A stretch of DNA of 63,426 nucleotides, counting the filler, from Polymyxa betae A26-41 (lineage: Eukaryota; Protista; Endomyxa: Phytomyxea): assembly GCA_003693705.1 (NCBI GenBank). It is 5 parts of 5 records of this genome, joined end to end, with 100 filler letters (N's around TTAATTAATTAA, not from the genome) between each part and the next. Parts side by side here need not be neighbours in the genome. Positions count along the whole stretch, not along the records: positions 11,300 to 25,453 come from RBZT01000870.1; 4 more parts are not named here. One strand, 5' to 3'. Shown here one piece after another: positions 11,851-25,553 of the stretch (position 1 is the stretch's first letter; each line of letters begins with the position of its first letter). Below the pieces are notes generated by a model. The model saw nothing but the letters and a program-made list of their open reading frames with translations, was not told where the DNA came from and did not search any database. Made by a program: the position numbers and the translations under genes.

Positions 11851-13550
11851 CGCGCTTCTAAGCCATTAATCGCATATGTCAAACTTCATTCGTGCCGTGT
11901 GAATGTAGCCTTCTGTTGCTCGCCATTCTCACGCCGATCATAGTATCGACCGCAGGAGTATGCTTCGGTTAAGAGGTTTCGATCCCACGAAAACCCCAAA
12001 TCGATGGCGTATTACTATTCAGCACCAATGCCCAGGTCGCTAAGTTTACGATGTGATCTGTCGCAAACGGCAAGTGAGAACAACATGATGACTGTTTATT
12101 AGTATCTGTCATCATCCAGCGTAACACTGAAATCCACCGAGACTCGGCGGCCTTCGCTAACAGTTGGCGACTAACAGATGAGACAATCATAATTAGCACA
12201 AAGGGATTGCTATATGTCCTCGGTCCTTACTCGGTAAACTATCGCACTGTTGAAAACGAAAACGTCGCCAGGAACCACTGATACAGCATGCCAGGCGCCC
12301 AGGCCGTCTTGAAATTCAAGGACGGGCCTATGAAAGACCATTAAGAACACGGTAATTACCCTGTTTGCAGCTGTACTTTGTAGTAGAATTCTCTAAAACT
12401 ACCCAAACTGTATATGTTCTCGGTAAGGATCCCATATGTTTGGGATAATTAATCTCCCAAAACTCAATGTCCCAACGTTTCTTTATACTTCCCCCTATAT
12501 AACAGTTTAGTCGTCAACAAAAACCCAAGCTTTGGAAATTGCCATCATCAAACGTTCAAAGTTCAAATGATAGAATACCTCGGCCGTGCACACGAACAAA
12601 GATTGTTCTGAGGTGGCTACGATGGGGAACATCGTCAGAACCAGTCGGAGCCGACCACAGTTTCAGTAGACCGAGACGTTCTTTTAGAACTGGAAGTAAA
12701 TGATTCGCCACCGTAAAACCGACGTCCTCAATGCATTCTTCCCAATGGTGAGGCTTGGAGCTGTCTAAGGTTCTTGATTGAAAGAAATGATTTACCACAA
12801 AAATGTGCTTACTCCAATTCAGTTCGATATCCTGCGTTTCCCAGACGCAGATAGATGCGCTTCCAGCATTTATTTGAGCTGATAGCTTTAGAAGATCAGC
12901 TGTATTGAAGCGTTAATCACAAATGGTAAAAACCCATCAGAAAAATACCGAATCGACTTAATTGTTGATTTGCAAGGCCACGAAGGCACACCACTCCGTC
13001 TGGAACTAGACACGAAGGTTCCTAACAAATTCAAGCAATAACCAATTCGGTTAATTGGAAATACCTCAGGCAGTGCACGAAATCCCTCTCTGTAAAATTT
13101 AGTGATGGTACGTTCAGTTGCAATTCGATTGGCACGACAAATCAATCTTTTTTTTAAGGGTGGAGCCTCTCGAATGTCAGATTTACCCTTGATGAAGGTC
13201 ATTCATAACATCACATATTATTAGCAGGATAAAGAGGCTGTTACCCTGTTTGCGTCAGGAACTTCATGGGTTTGGGTTCCCATTTCCCTAGTATTAAAAT
13301 CAACACTTCAGCTAAGCTGATGAATCAATGAACCTGGTCATGGTTAGGGTCTTAGAGGCTCTTTGCGAACCTGACTCCCGTTCACCCGTTTCTTGACTGT
13401 AATCAATCACATTATCAGCGATGATCATATTACATTTGCGCTGAAAAACCTGGCCGGTACAGTGGACTGTTGACGTTTTGGAGGTTTCCGAGCCGGGCCA
13501 TCTCGACTGGATTTATGTCAGTGCAGACAGAATCAGTAAAAATGCGAACC

Positions 13551-16500
13551 TTACAGGCTTGCAGAGCGATTATCTGCATTGACTACTGTTTCAGCAGCCA
13601 TTTCGCTAACATCTGCAGAAACGGAAATCGGTGCTGTAGACGGTGGAGCTGGCAGTGCGACTCCAACTTCGCCGCTTATAGGTGCGGTCGAACAGGTCGA
13701 TGGCAGAGCGGCTTGTCCTGGGGGTTTTCTTTTACCTGGCGCTTTGGTGGTGGTTGATGGTGCCGAACGGGTTGCTAATTCTGTCAACTGCCGTGCACTT
13801 CTTCTAGAGCTTCTGTGTTGTTTCATGTTATCAACCGTTAACTGCTCCAAGATGCAAAGCCGTTTTTCTAATACCTGGAATCTATAACAGAAGGCACCGG
13901 GTCAGTAGATTCAGGCGCTGCTTCAGGTTGACTGTAGAACCATCAGCATATATCAGTGCTAAATTAACCAGGTACCTCTCATTTCTAATCCGCTCGTAGC
14001 TTTGTCGTCTATGAGTTTTAGCCGCCGATCGGCGCCTCCGAATCCCAGTATCGTCTGGAACGTCGACATGCGACTTCTGCGAAAACAACGATTCGACATC
14101 AGGGCGTCGCTTCAGACTTTTGAACTCTCTGATCCAAGATGAAACGCCCATAATGCACGTAACTGAACGATGCAGATCTTCCCAAAGAAGCTCAGCACCA
14201 CCGACGTCAGAAATATTCTCGTCGGGGCATTTCCAGCCCTCTGGCCTACGAAACAGACCTGGAATTTCTGCCTCGGATTCGCCAATCTGTCGCAACTTGG
14301 CCATCACAATGTCGGGCATCTGTACAAATCATATTCAATAAAACTTGAATGTTCGTTCATCGAAGATGTCGTGTTACGCTTGATTGTATTAGACGGATTG
14401 ACAGAAGAATTTCCATCAGCGGTTCGGTTACCGAAGGGCAGATATTGTCTTGTTGCATGTCTTCCATTAATCTAACATATAAACATATTAGTACGATAAA
14501 TTGACATGATATCTACCAAACCTTAAAGCTGCATCATCAAGAAACACGCCATATCGACCGTTGAGGTATTTACCATCGCCAAAACTGGCAAAGGTCTTGC
14601 CATAATCAGTTGCAATAAACACGAGATGTGTTACTGCATAAATCACTTGCGATAACAAAATCGTCGACATTGTCAGGATCATATTTTTTTTCATGGCGCG
14701 ATCGACAGCCTTGACGTCATCAAAAGTGAAAACTAATGAGGCGATATCTAAAATACCTGAAATAGGTGGGCTTCCCACTTCTTGATGAACTTTTTGATTT
14801 TTTTTTATCAATATCAGGCACGATGATCAAAGACCACACGGCCAGCGCCGCACTCAAGAACTGCTCCCATACGATTGCTTCATTGCGCCCTCCAATCACT
14901 TGCAGACGGATCTGCTGAACATCAAACCTAAAATGGTTTTCTAATAAGATTCCATCGTATCACACGAGATAACATTACTTGAGCCATTCTTCGTGGATGT
15001 CGACCATATACTGGTTGAGCGGAACGACGTCATCGCATCTCAGAATGTTCTTTGCATGAACGGCCCAGAGAAGATCGCAGTAAATATCGCGATCCGGGAC
15101 TGACGTATCCACAGACGAGAGGTAAATCAGGAGCTTTTTCCCAGCGTCTCGACATTGTGCACTCATGGGCTGGGGAACCAGTCTCATGCAACATGCCAAA
15201 AGGAAGGCGAACTCCCCAAAACGCGTTTTGACGGGTGAATCTGGGCGACACTGCGTCAGATTGGCGGCCGTGTCTCCTGCCTTCATCAGCATTCGTAGGC
15301 CATAGTTCCTCACAGCCCCTCGCGGGGGTTCGCGCGGCATGTTGGGTGAATTTGCTGATGACTCGACTGCTGTCACATTGGACCAGCGACGTCGGAGAGT
15401 TCGGTTTTTTGCAGGAGACGTTAGTGTCTGCACTGGTTCACCAGCAGGCTTATTTTTCAAAAGAAACAGCCAGAACCGATCCTGAAAAACATCGGTTGGT
15501 GTTTACCAATAATGGTCACCCATCAAAACTCAGGTAATACCTGTTTCCACTCAATTGAGATTTCACCGGCCATCATGAACCCCCAGCCTATTTCGAGCCG
15601 ATTGTATGGAACCTTCTCCTTGTTCACCTGCCAAATCACGTTGGTTAGGGTTAGGGTTAATATTCATCACATAATATTGAGAAAGATTCGTACCTTCTTC
15701 ATTAATGACCAAGTCCTTTCAAACAAGCCATTAGGGAAACGCCATATGCCGTTTTCTTGAATTTGTTCATGATCAAGCATTTTTTCATCACGGTTGATAT
15801 CGCTGATGTAATCGATAGCCGATTTCATCTTTTCCGGAAACCGGAAATAGGAATGGAATGATGAATCCACCAACCCGAACCCTGAATCACAGATTAAATA
15901 GCCAAGATGATGGGAATTCGCTCTGACTTCGGCACGCTTCGTGCAGGAAACTGAATTCGATAGCGAAAACGCACAGCCGAGCAAAGTGCGGCTAAAAAAA
16001 TGTCAGAAATCAAAAACGAGAACTGAGCCATCACCATGGGTGCATGTTTAGCCTTCGTGCACAATGTGACAACGTCGTTATGGATAAACAAATTTATCAG
16101 TGAGCATAGCGTAATACAGCTGGCTCGCATCAGTGACTCGTCAATCGGATCGCCAGCCGCTGGCAGTAATCTCAGCAAAAGATCGACTCCGATGAAAGAC
16201 GATTTTTGCAACCGCTGGAAAGCAGTAAGTAGACTGATTTCACATTAGATCTTGGAAAATGGCATCAATCACTGTCGGCATACTCGCCAGGAATGGTTGA
16301 TTCATCTTGCTCTTCTTGCTGAATTCGTGTTTGCAGGTCCGTGTTTTCAGGCTCTTGGCAACTGGACAAGTTCCTATGAGCATTCAATGTTCGTACAACA
16401 CCTCAATATTCGGGGGTCTTACCTTGTTGAAGGCGGCTGCATTTGCAGGTCGGGTTCTGTAGTATAGCTCTCCATTCGATGTCGCGAAGACAATTTTAAT

Positions 16501-17150
16501 TTCGAGCACTGATTTTTGCGAAATTGGCGCGCTGGCCAGCCCGCCAAAATGTACCACGTTGCGGAAAGGCGTCATGAACTACAGGTTTACACTGTTCATG
16601 AGTCATGACCATGACACATTTAAAAAAAGTAAAGAAGATACAGAAAAGTTCCTCAGCTCTATGTGGTGAGACCTGAAACAGGACCCGACCACTTGTCGAA
16701 ATCTTGCAGTTACAATCACAAGGGCATTCCGTCTGCTCTCGATCATATCTGCGCTCTGCATTGTTGATGTAATGATATCCGATAGCAGTAATATCGAGCT
16801 ACCAGGCACTGAATTGACTTCTTTAGAGATGGATTGATGGCAGGCGATCTTCAATGAGAATTATGATAACGATGGCAAAAATACTGCATCCGTCTGCATG
16901 TATTGACCATAATATAACACTAAATATCTATTACAGTGTTGACAGTACGACGCCGCTCTTGTTACTCAAACCGTAACACACAATATTCGAATGCAAGCTC
17001 AAAGCCGATACAGACAAGCATATAGGGGCTAAAATCATCAATATCAAGCATCATTGGTGGACGGAACTCGTCGTGGGCGAGATCGGCGAGCCGATTCAAA
17101 GACAGACGACGCGATTTCAGGCGAAGCTCGAGTGCTCGACCTGTCGTCAA
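13551..17150 (-). pseudogene. Large multi-exon unknown gene(s), probably degenerate
   Basis: Series of co-oriented ORFs of about 60-160 aa with splice-like junctions; the only recognisable motif is YAVTHLVFIATDYG near 14620. Confidence 0.35.
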
Positions 17151-20100
17151 GAGCTTCGATATAGGCTATTGCGGAGTAAGATCTTGTAGCGAGAGCCGTG
17201 AACGTCTTGAAAGCGCCAGCCGTTCTGTGTCACGAACTAGAGCCACTGCTTGTGGAAGGCAAAGGCGGATGCGAACACAGCGACAAGCAGAACAGAAGAT
17301 GAGACGAGAGAGCCATCCGGAGCACAGAGCAGAGCGAGCCGTTTAGCGAAGTGAGATCGTGCGAGAGCGGGACCGTGCTGGTCATACTTCTGACATTGGG
17401 ACAGGCAGGGACAAACGGATTCTACTTTCGCAGCGATTAGGAAAACGATACAGCAAACCATAAAGGAGCGAAGAAAAAAGAAACCCTAACGCTGAGAAAA
17501 ATAGAAAGGCTTCTAAACATGAATATAAATGCAGGAGACTTACTGGCAGAACCGAAATAGATGCTGGAGAGAGTTAGGAAGGAGTGCTGGATGTCTTATG
17601 GAGCAACTTGATCAGAGTCTCTCGAATGCTATCTGGAGCATTAAGACTTTGCATGCCTATATGAATACAATCAGAAAATTACTAGATATTCAATACAGAC
17701 TTACATCATCATGCATTCGATCTTTAAAAATGATGCAAAATGGAGCTCCTGAGATGGAAGTCTGAACAGGTACCAGCAGTCCAGAGTTAATATGTGAACG
17801 ACAGTTATTCAGACAAGATACCCGAACGCCGTGTCATAACATTTTATAATCGCTTTCGCCATGTCAGTATGGGGGTGACCTTTGAGCACCACCCTTTGAG
17901 GTCGGGCTCAGACCCAGCAGAACGTGATCATGAAACCGATATGTCTTCACATGATCAGCTTCCAAAGACCGATGCAATGCAGCTTCCGTGTAGTTCATTA
18001 CATGATATCTTAGCACAACCAATTATTGGTTTACAGTTTGCATGTACTTGTATGGAATGTGGCATCGACGGCTGTGGCCGACTGATCATTGTTTTATATG
18101 GCCATGGATCTTTTGTAGAACATGGGCAAGGCGAATCGTATGTCACTCCACCATCACCCTTCACTGGCGTCGGAGAATCGATCAAGCTAGGAGAAGTTAG
18201 AACAGAAGTATCGAGAAAAATACAAAAACGATCATGTACTCGGAATGCAGACATTCACGAATAATTTGCCATGTTCAGATGTGTAGTTTGATACCGAATA
18301 TAGGCGATGGTTGGTGCTCTAATTGTCTCAGGTATATATAATTCTCTCGTCTAGCTTTCGGATCTGAGATCTCCCTTACATAACTGCAAACATAGAGGTG
18401 AACTTAGGGTCTTTCTTCACTTCTACTTATCGGTTGGCCTCCTTTCAATATTGTAAAAAGTTTGCAAAACATTATGAAATGAAGAATAATGGCACCTCAG
18501 CAGATAATGATTGAAGTCCATCACGATCTAATGATGCCATCATGGTCGATGATTATAGATTTGTGATGCCAATCGACCTCCTAAATTCAGTCGAAGTGGA
18601 TCGAATTCTGGTGGCACTGGCTCTCAGACGGGGGCAGGCCCCATCCTGAGCTGGAGCCCGGGCCGCAGCAGTTCAGTGAGTGGTCTCTCTCTACCAAGAA
18701 ATCACTAATCAGAGAAGGTATGTTAAAATCAGTTTTATATCGGCGGTGCTTTTGAATTAAAAAGTTCTTCCGAATCTCAATCGTTTAATAAATCGCTGAA
18801 CAAAACTTGAACGCCGTCTGAACACTCGTTCAACTTATCATAATATCGCACTGCTTTGTGGACCTGTGCGACCGCCCTGTCGATGAAATCGCCTCTATGC
18901 GGAATCTCGCCAGTCCCTTGAATGCGTTTAGAAGTTGACGCTAATGCTGTCTCCTCTCGTGACGGGCATAGATTTCGGGATCCAAACGAGCAGAAAGAGC
19001 ATTCAACTGCAGCTTAACTTAGTGGTAAAACATAGACAAAATCCAAAAACAAGAACTTTTAACTCGTTTGGAAATTTAAACATTTATCGAAGTGCAAATG
19101 CAAACGTAGCAGTTACCTCCGTTCTGAGTATTTAACTACAACGGCAAAGCTGCAGGCGGGCTTCAGAATACTAACGCGAGACCAGGGAACCAGCGCACAT
19201 GAACATTTCGGTTGATATTACGGTCAGTGACGACTCATAGCCATAAGCGACGACGGGATGTTCGAATGGACCAGAGGGCCACACAAACAATTTCAAAACT
19301 TCATCATGCGTATCAAGCTGATCGCCCAAAAGCCCTAGCCTAATCGGATAGGATTAGTGAAATACGGCGTGGTAATGATCAGAAGCAGTCCTAAAAGAAT
19401 GCAGGAGGGAGGACCTTGAACGGTTGAAGTCGTGGTTTGCTTTGAGCGACCTGGTAAGCGCTATCAGGGTTGGGTTAGGGGGTCTTGGCCAAGGCTGAAC
19501 ACGAACTTTCCATCCTTAGAGCCACTGGCGACACCTCAACGATTAGGCGGCTCAGCAGCAGCAGACTGAACTTTTAAAGGGACAAGGTCCATCACTTCGA
19601 TTAACGTTTGGCGCCTTCCAAAACTATAATTTGTAAATGAGAGAGTTTAACCCGAAAACAGTCACAATCATCACCGTTCGCCACCTCCTGGTTCTATCTA
19701 CCGGTTTCTGGAGAATTACAGAATTACATCAACGTGAAGCCTGGCAATACATTGCCCGCTAACAACTCAGCACCACCCAGTTGCCTGTTGCTCTTATCAT
19801 AAACCCTAACCTCTCATTAGAAGTCATACAGGAACAGAATGGGTCGTTACATTCGCACGACCGTTTCAATCGTCGGGTTCATATCCATACAATCCGCCTT
19901 AATATCACGATCGAGAATTAGTCAGGGTGACGAGATGTCGGTCAGAAGTTGTACTCGAAGAAAGCGAGCACTACAGTAGCAAGATCGAGGGCGAATTCTC
20001 CCGCTGTCATCCATGCCGATAATGGGCTTCAGGATTTGTAAACGTCTTTGAACGAGCGCCGGCGGTTTCCATGGCAGAGATGCCTAACTTAATGTTGAGA

Positions 20101-20846
20101 GATAAGATGAAAACAGTTCCAATAAGTCTCATTACATCAAGGCGAGACGACACATTAAACAATTGATCGATGGCTGCAGCATGGTAGTGGGGACAATGAA
20201 CGGGAGACCTTTACGACCGGCTGGCCCCGATCATCTTGGTCATCAAAGCAACCATCTCATTGATTGGCAACACCGGCAGACATCCATTGCTAANNNNNNN
20301 NNNNNNNNNNNNNNNNNNNNNNNNNNNNNNNNNNNNNNNNNNNNNNNNNNNNNNNNNNNNNNNNNNNNNNNNNNNNNNNNNNNNNNNNNNNNNNNNNNNN
20401 NNNNNNNNNNNNNNNNNNNNNNNNNNNNNNNNNNNNNNNNNNNNNNNAGCTCTTGGTCGACTGATCGAATCCATCATTGCTGCTTTCTGATCGGCGCCTA
20501 TGGACTTCCGGCGTCGACGCGAGCACTGATAGGCCGGGCTGGCTCTCCTTTTAGACTCTACTCCGCAGGTCCTTGTCACTCTGCGTTATGACATCGCTTC
20601 TGCATTGGCTGCGTCGTAAAGCGTGCTCTCCATTAAACGTGCCCAAGTCGCGATAATGCGAGTTTTTAATCATGTCAATAAATTTATCAAAATTACTTCA
20701 ACACACTAATAATGATCGGAGATTTGCAAACTTCCTAGGTATGATGTACTTACTCTATGAACGTCACAGAGTCAATTCTGGGCAATTTGAAATTTGAAAT
20801 TGCTGAATCTTCAGTATATCATTGACAAGGGCGCCTTTCAAAAAAT

Positions 20847-22800
20847 ATGTCGTCATCTTCATCTCCTTCCCAGCTTTTCGTTTCCTACCTATCGAGCGGG
20901 TCGGATTCTGATCCGGATGTCAATTATGTTGAACAACCAGTGCAGCCTTATCCAATTACTGAGTTGAAGGGCCGATTCTGGACCGACGACTTGGATCTTT
21001 CCCAACTAGCAGATGAATTGGGTTCTGAACCCATCGAAATGGCTGATCTGAAGCTCGATGGTTTCATAGCCGAGCTTCTTGTCAAAGACGGATTCGCACT
21101 GGCTGCCAGCCGCAACGGCATACCTGTAGACAGGAACCTGAAATGGGCTACAGCATGCAGGAAGGTAATGCACAAATCGAGACCTCTTCCGATCATCTTC
21201 AAATCTGACTTTAACAATCCATTTACAGCAAAAGCGCTATCCCGATCCGATTCTCCCTGATTTGAATGGATATATCCCGTTCTTTAAGATGGAGCGGTTG
21301 GTCGCATATGCCCCTCGGCATCTGAAATTATCGTTTACCAGGTGATTGGATTCTGTGTTTATGCCATCACCTGGCAATCTGACCTGATGTTTGCTCAGCT
21401 GGCTGTATATCAACAAGCAGATAGAAGTACAGCCTTCGGGATTGGAAGACCCGTTCCTTGCCCAGAATGGCAACCAACCCATTGACTGGGAGTGGATTTG
21501 CCATTGGGCCGACGTCGTGAAGCTCGAAACAATGGTCTTTTGTCGATTCGGAGAGAACACCGATATCGAAAAAGCCATACGACAGCTCCAGAGGATCTGC
21601 GAACGCGGAGGGCGATCCAACAACGTGTTCGATGTAGCCATGGATCGCCGCCTGGATTTTGATGAAGAGCTGGTCGTTTTTCAATCGACAAATGGCTCCG
21701 TTCAGGTATCCGTCACTCCTCTGAATATTTCCAGCGTTAAATCTGTTACAGATCCGCAACCTGTTTGCAGGTTTGCACAGCGATTTGGCAGCCGACGGCT
21801 CGAAGATCGCTGCAGGAACGGTCACAGTCCAGGCCGACGACACGGATTTGATGATATACAATCCTGTGATCCACTTTCATCGAGCCACTCGTTTCAAGTG
21901 GGAGAAGTTTCCCAATACTCGAGCGGCCATGGGACGCGCCTGGGAGAAACTCCTCCTGCAAGTTCCGAAGTTGAGAACAGCGTGGTCGCGTTACGCTGGG
22001 CGTTATCGTCTTGAATGGAAGCGCAGGTATGTAACTGATTGAAATGACAAGCTGATACGTTTTAAATCGGTTTTACAGACCTGCGATTGGGCCAATGGAG
22101 GCTGCAGAACATATCATCAATTCGCGATTATTCGAAGAAAGAATCCTGTTCCATGTAAGTAACGTAACCAAAACCTTGTCGATCAGATTCAGATTGTTCG
22201 TCAGGTTCTGCAGTTAATCACTGTCCCAGTTCGTTTACAGGACTGGAGTAACTACGTTCGCCGCATGGAGGTGGCATCGCGCGATCGCAATATCAGCGGT
22301 CGATACGGAAATCCCAAACTGCCCATTCTCAACAACCAGAAGACATTCTACTTCCAGGCCCTCAATCTTCTGGGTGTTTATGCTGAACGATGGTTTCGAA
22401 TGTTCAAGAAAGGTGATCATGAGCATACTGTGCACAATTTCATATCACGATTCATCAGAATTTGACTTCTCACCGCAGCACTTCCGACGACACTTCCACA
22501 GCCCGGGGATGATTCAGATTCCGATCAATCGCTACCTCAGCCCCTGGAGCATGTCGTTGCTGCTGACGATCAAAAAGAACTGCGCAACCTGATGTACACT
22601 TACGTACAGTTCTATCAAGCTCCTCAGCGGCGCGAGATGATCTACGAACAGCTTATCATCGATAATCTGAGGCCATCGGAGACCCGGGAGAGCCTTCTTC
22701 TGTGTATTCGCCGCAATCACAGAAGTCAGGTTATCACGGTAATATATTGGCCTTGTTTTGTTAACTGATCTAACACGTATAATGTCAGTGTGCGGACAGC
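20847..22800 (+). pseudogene. Unknown multi-exon repeated-family gene (core domain with DxAxD / IYNP / RLE motifs)
   Basis: Spliced translation ...FDVAMD...|IRNLFAGL...DLMIYNPVIHFHRAT...YAGRYRLEWKR|...EAAEHIINSRLFEERILFH|; paralog on contig 1; in-frame stop at 22463-22465. Confidence 0.7.
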
Positions 22801-22849
22801 AAGATGCTGTTGGTGAACTACATGGTGAAGAATTTCAGGGATACCTGGA

Positions 22850-24045
22850 ATGAAGAGATCAAGCTCCGACCTGGCACGGTATGATTACGATCGAAATTTC
22901 TGTTTGATTAATAAGTTTAAAATGCAGAATGTGGTCATTCGTCGTCAGGAAGATCATTCCGAAGCCCAACCTTCAACGGATTCAACTCCAGCCTCTGCTG
23001 AGCCCCTGATAGACCCCAAATCTTTGGGAATCAACAACCATGGTTCGCAGTCCTATTTCATATCAGTTATTGGATTTCTATCCAATGTTTTCATCAACTG
23101 TGGACGCCATGATGATCACCTCATTGGGCTCATCGCCAAGGTATGAGTATCGAAGATCGGTTGCTGTAATCCTCCTTACAATACGTTTCCTTTTCAGATC
23201 TACCGGATTGGCCTGACGCCTGAACAGAGGGCAGAGCAGCTTCAGGCTGTAATTGAATACCTCGATGAACTGGAGGGAGGTCTGAAGTACGCTGGAGAAC
23301 CCCAGCTGCCTGAAATGGTGCTGGGCGATCTTTTTAAGAACTCGGAATTGTTCGAGTCCTTGATCCGGATTCAATACCAGACTTGGGATCAGTGCTGGAT
23401 CTGTTCAAGCAAGACTAATGGCCGGAACACTTCCGTGCCATTTTTCGAGCAGCGGGACAGTTCCACATCGGACTGGTGGCGATGCTTTGAGGGCTCTTTT
23501 GACGAATCCAACCCTGAACTCCGTGGCTGTATGGCCAACTGCCTAGATCAGGTACGACGGACAATGGATTAGCTGCGATTCCGATTTCCTAATATCATCT
23601 TCTGGTCGTTCACTACTTCACTATCAGCGCTCTACAACCGAGCGAGTTCGTAATTATTAAAGTCCCTGTGGATCACGATCGAACGCTTTCCATGCGACGT
23701 GATCTTGTGAAGTCACTTCCCACTATTACAGGCCCCTACGAGCTCTGTGCGATCGTATGCCACGTTGGTGAGTCTCTCCGTGGGGCGCACTACGTGGCAT
23801 ACGTCCTCACCTCAAATGGATGGTACCTGGTGGATGATCGGCGGACCGACAAAGTTCCGGATTGCGGTGATATGTTCCGAATGCTCGCTGTCACCCCAAC
23901 TCCGGAACAAATTGCGACTCATCACTCTCCGTACTTACTGCTGTATAAGCCGCAGCAATTCTCCGGTAATCAATATGATCCCTCAATTTTGAAGACATTG
24001 CAGGCGTTCACTCAAATTTTCCAAAGATATATTTTTTTTAACTAA
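22850..24045 (+). pseudogene. USP/peptidase C19-like domain, catalytic Cys replaced by Ser
   Basis: Cys-box-like LGINNHGSQSYFISV; CxxC and CxxxC pairs; His box YELCAIVCHVG...GAHYVAY...WYLVDD...PYLLLY; stop at 23570-23572. Confidence 0.75.
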
Positions 24046-24301
24046 CATTCTTCCAGATCTAGCGAACGATGAGGCAGAAGATCCGCTGCCAACCGACACA
24101 ACCGTTGCTGCTGTTAAGGCTTGGATTAACCCTAACCCTAAATCCGCTCTCTTTCGTGTGTCCCAGAAATCCATCCCACATTACATACGCAGAATGGCGA
24201 AAGAGGCGCAGGTCGGTATTNNNNNNNNNNNNNNNNNNNNNNNNNNNNNNNNNNNNNNNNNNNNNNNNNNNNNNNNNNNNNNNNNNNNNNNNNNNNNNNN
24301 N

Positions 24302-25151
24302 GACAGGGATATCCAGCGAGCTCTTAAGAACAAGGATCTGGACACAGGCATGTTCAGTGTCGATCTTCTGGATGCATTCGTTTGCTGGTGGAATACCCAG
24401 AGGCTCAACACCAGCATCAGCTGCATTCCAAATCACGTCTGGAGCTATATCTGGAGAAATTTACGACCTTTTACAACTGCGGTGGATGAATTCGTTCTCC
24501 ATAAGCGAGAGATGTTCGCTTCGAACATCTTTAAGCTTTACTTTGAAGGCAAAGAATGGGTTTTGTGGCCGATTTTAATGTAGGGTTTTGATGTCGGTAA
24601 TGGACCATCAACCAAATGGCTAACTTTATTCAGGGGCGACGTGTACGTGTTGTTGGAGATCGCGCCAACGGCGAAAACGGTGATTGTGTATGACCCAGCC
24701 CTGCTTGTTAAAAGTAAGGCCCTCAGGATGGTTTGGACTGTGTCTGGTTCGCTGAGCATTTTCCACAGGCGCTTCGAAAGACATGAAAATCATGATCTTG
24801 GCAGTGATTGATGGTCTTTTCGGACGAGGATCATCATTGAGTTGGCGCTTAATTAAAGAGAAGCCTCCTCGACAGTCATGGGAGTGCAACTCCATGTTGT
24901 TCGTTGTCGCGAGATGCCTTGAGCTCCTTTTCTTCCCAGATCGGACCCGGACTGCGTTTGAAGAATGTCATATGCCATTCTTCAAAATATGGATGCATGA
25001 CAACTTCGACCAGGACAAGAAGTTCCCAACCGCCTGTGACCTGTTCGGCGAAGATGGACACCCGCGCAGGTTAACAGAAAAGGGAACAAGGTTTTTCGAT
25101 TCTGATATGCGTCCTGTTGAAGGTTCAAACGATCGAATTGAGATATTATGA
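24302..25151 (+). pseudogene. Ulp1/peptidase C48-like domain lacking catalytic His and Cys
   Basis: FSVDLLDAF, WVLWPILM|GDVYVLLEI...VIVYDP and PRQSWECNSMLFV align with the C48 motifs WLNDEVINFY, PIxxxxHWxL...YDS and PQQxNGxDCGVFV. Confidence 0.55.
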
Positions 25152-25453
25152 ATGATAGCTGGTTTTAGGCCTTCCTATCAACGATTCGGGACGGGACTCC
25201 CCCTGTCAACAGGTAATGCTTACATAGCAAAACAATGGTATACCGAGCTCAGCACCAATATAGATATCAACTGATAGCGATGCTCCTTGTCAAGGTATGC
25301 AATTAGAGATTATGGTCATAGCATGATTATGTGATAATTTATTATTTCTCGAAGTCATTTCATTTTTTTGGATCCCTAACTTTCACCCCATTTCCAAAAG
25401 AGACGCACAAATTTAAGTTTCGGGAAACCTTCACGCCAGTGAATTTTTACACT

Positions 25454-25553
25454 NNNNNNNNNNNNNNNNNNNNNNNNNNNNNNNNNNNNNNNNNNNNTTA
25501 ATTAATTAANNNNNNNNNNNNNNNNNNNNNNNNNNNNNNNNNNNNNNNNNNNN
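25454..25553. other. Artificial contig spacer
   Basis: 44 N + TTAATTAATTAA + 44 N. Confidence 0.97.

Noticed and set aside
24581-24590. TAG stop / telomeric insertion breaking the Ulp1-like frame
   Set aside because: Better explained as the 5' end of a normal intron (GTAGGG...CTAAC...TTCAG) whose removal restores the frame.
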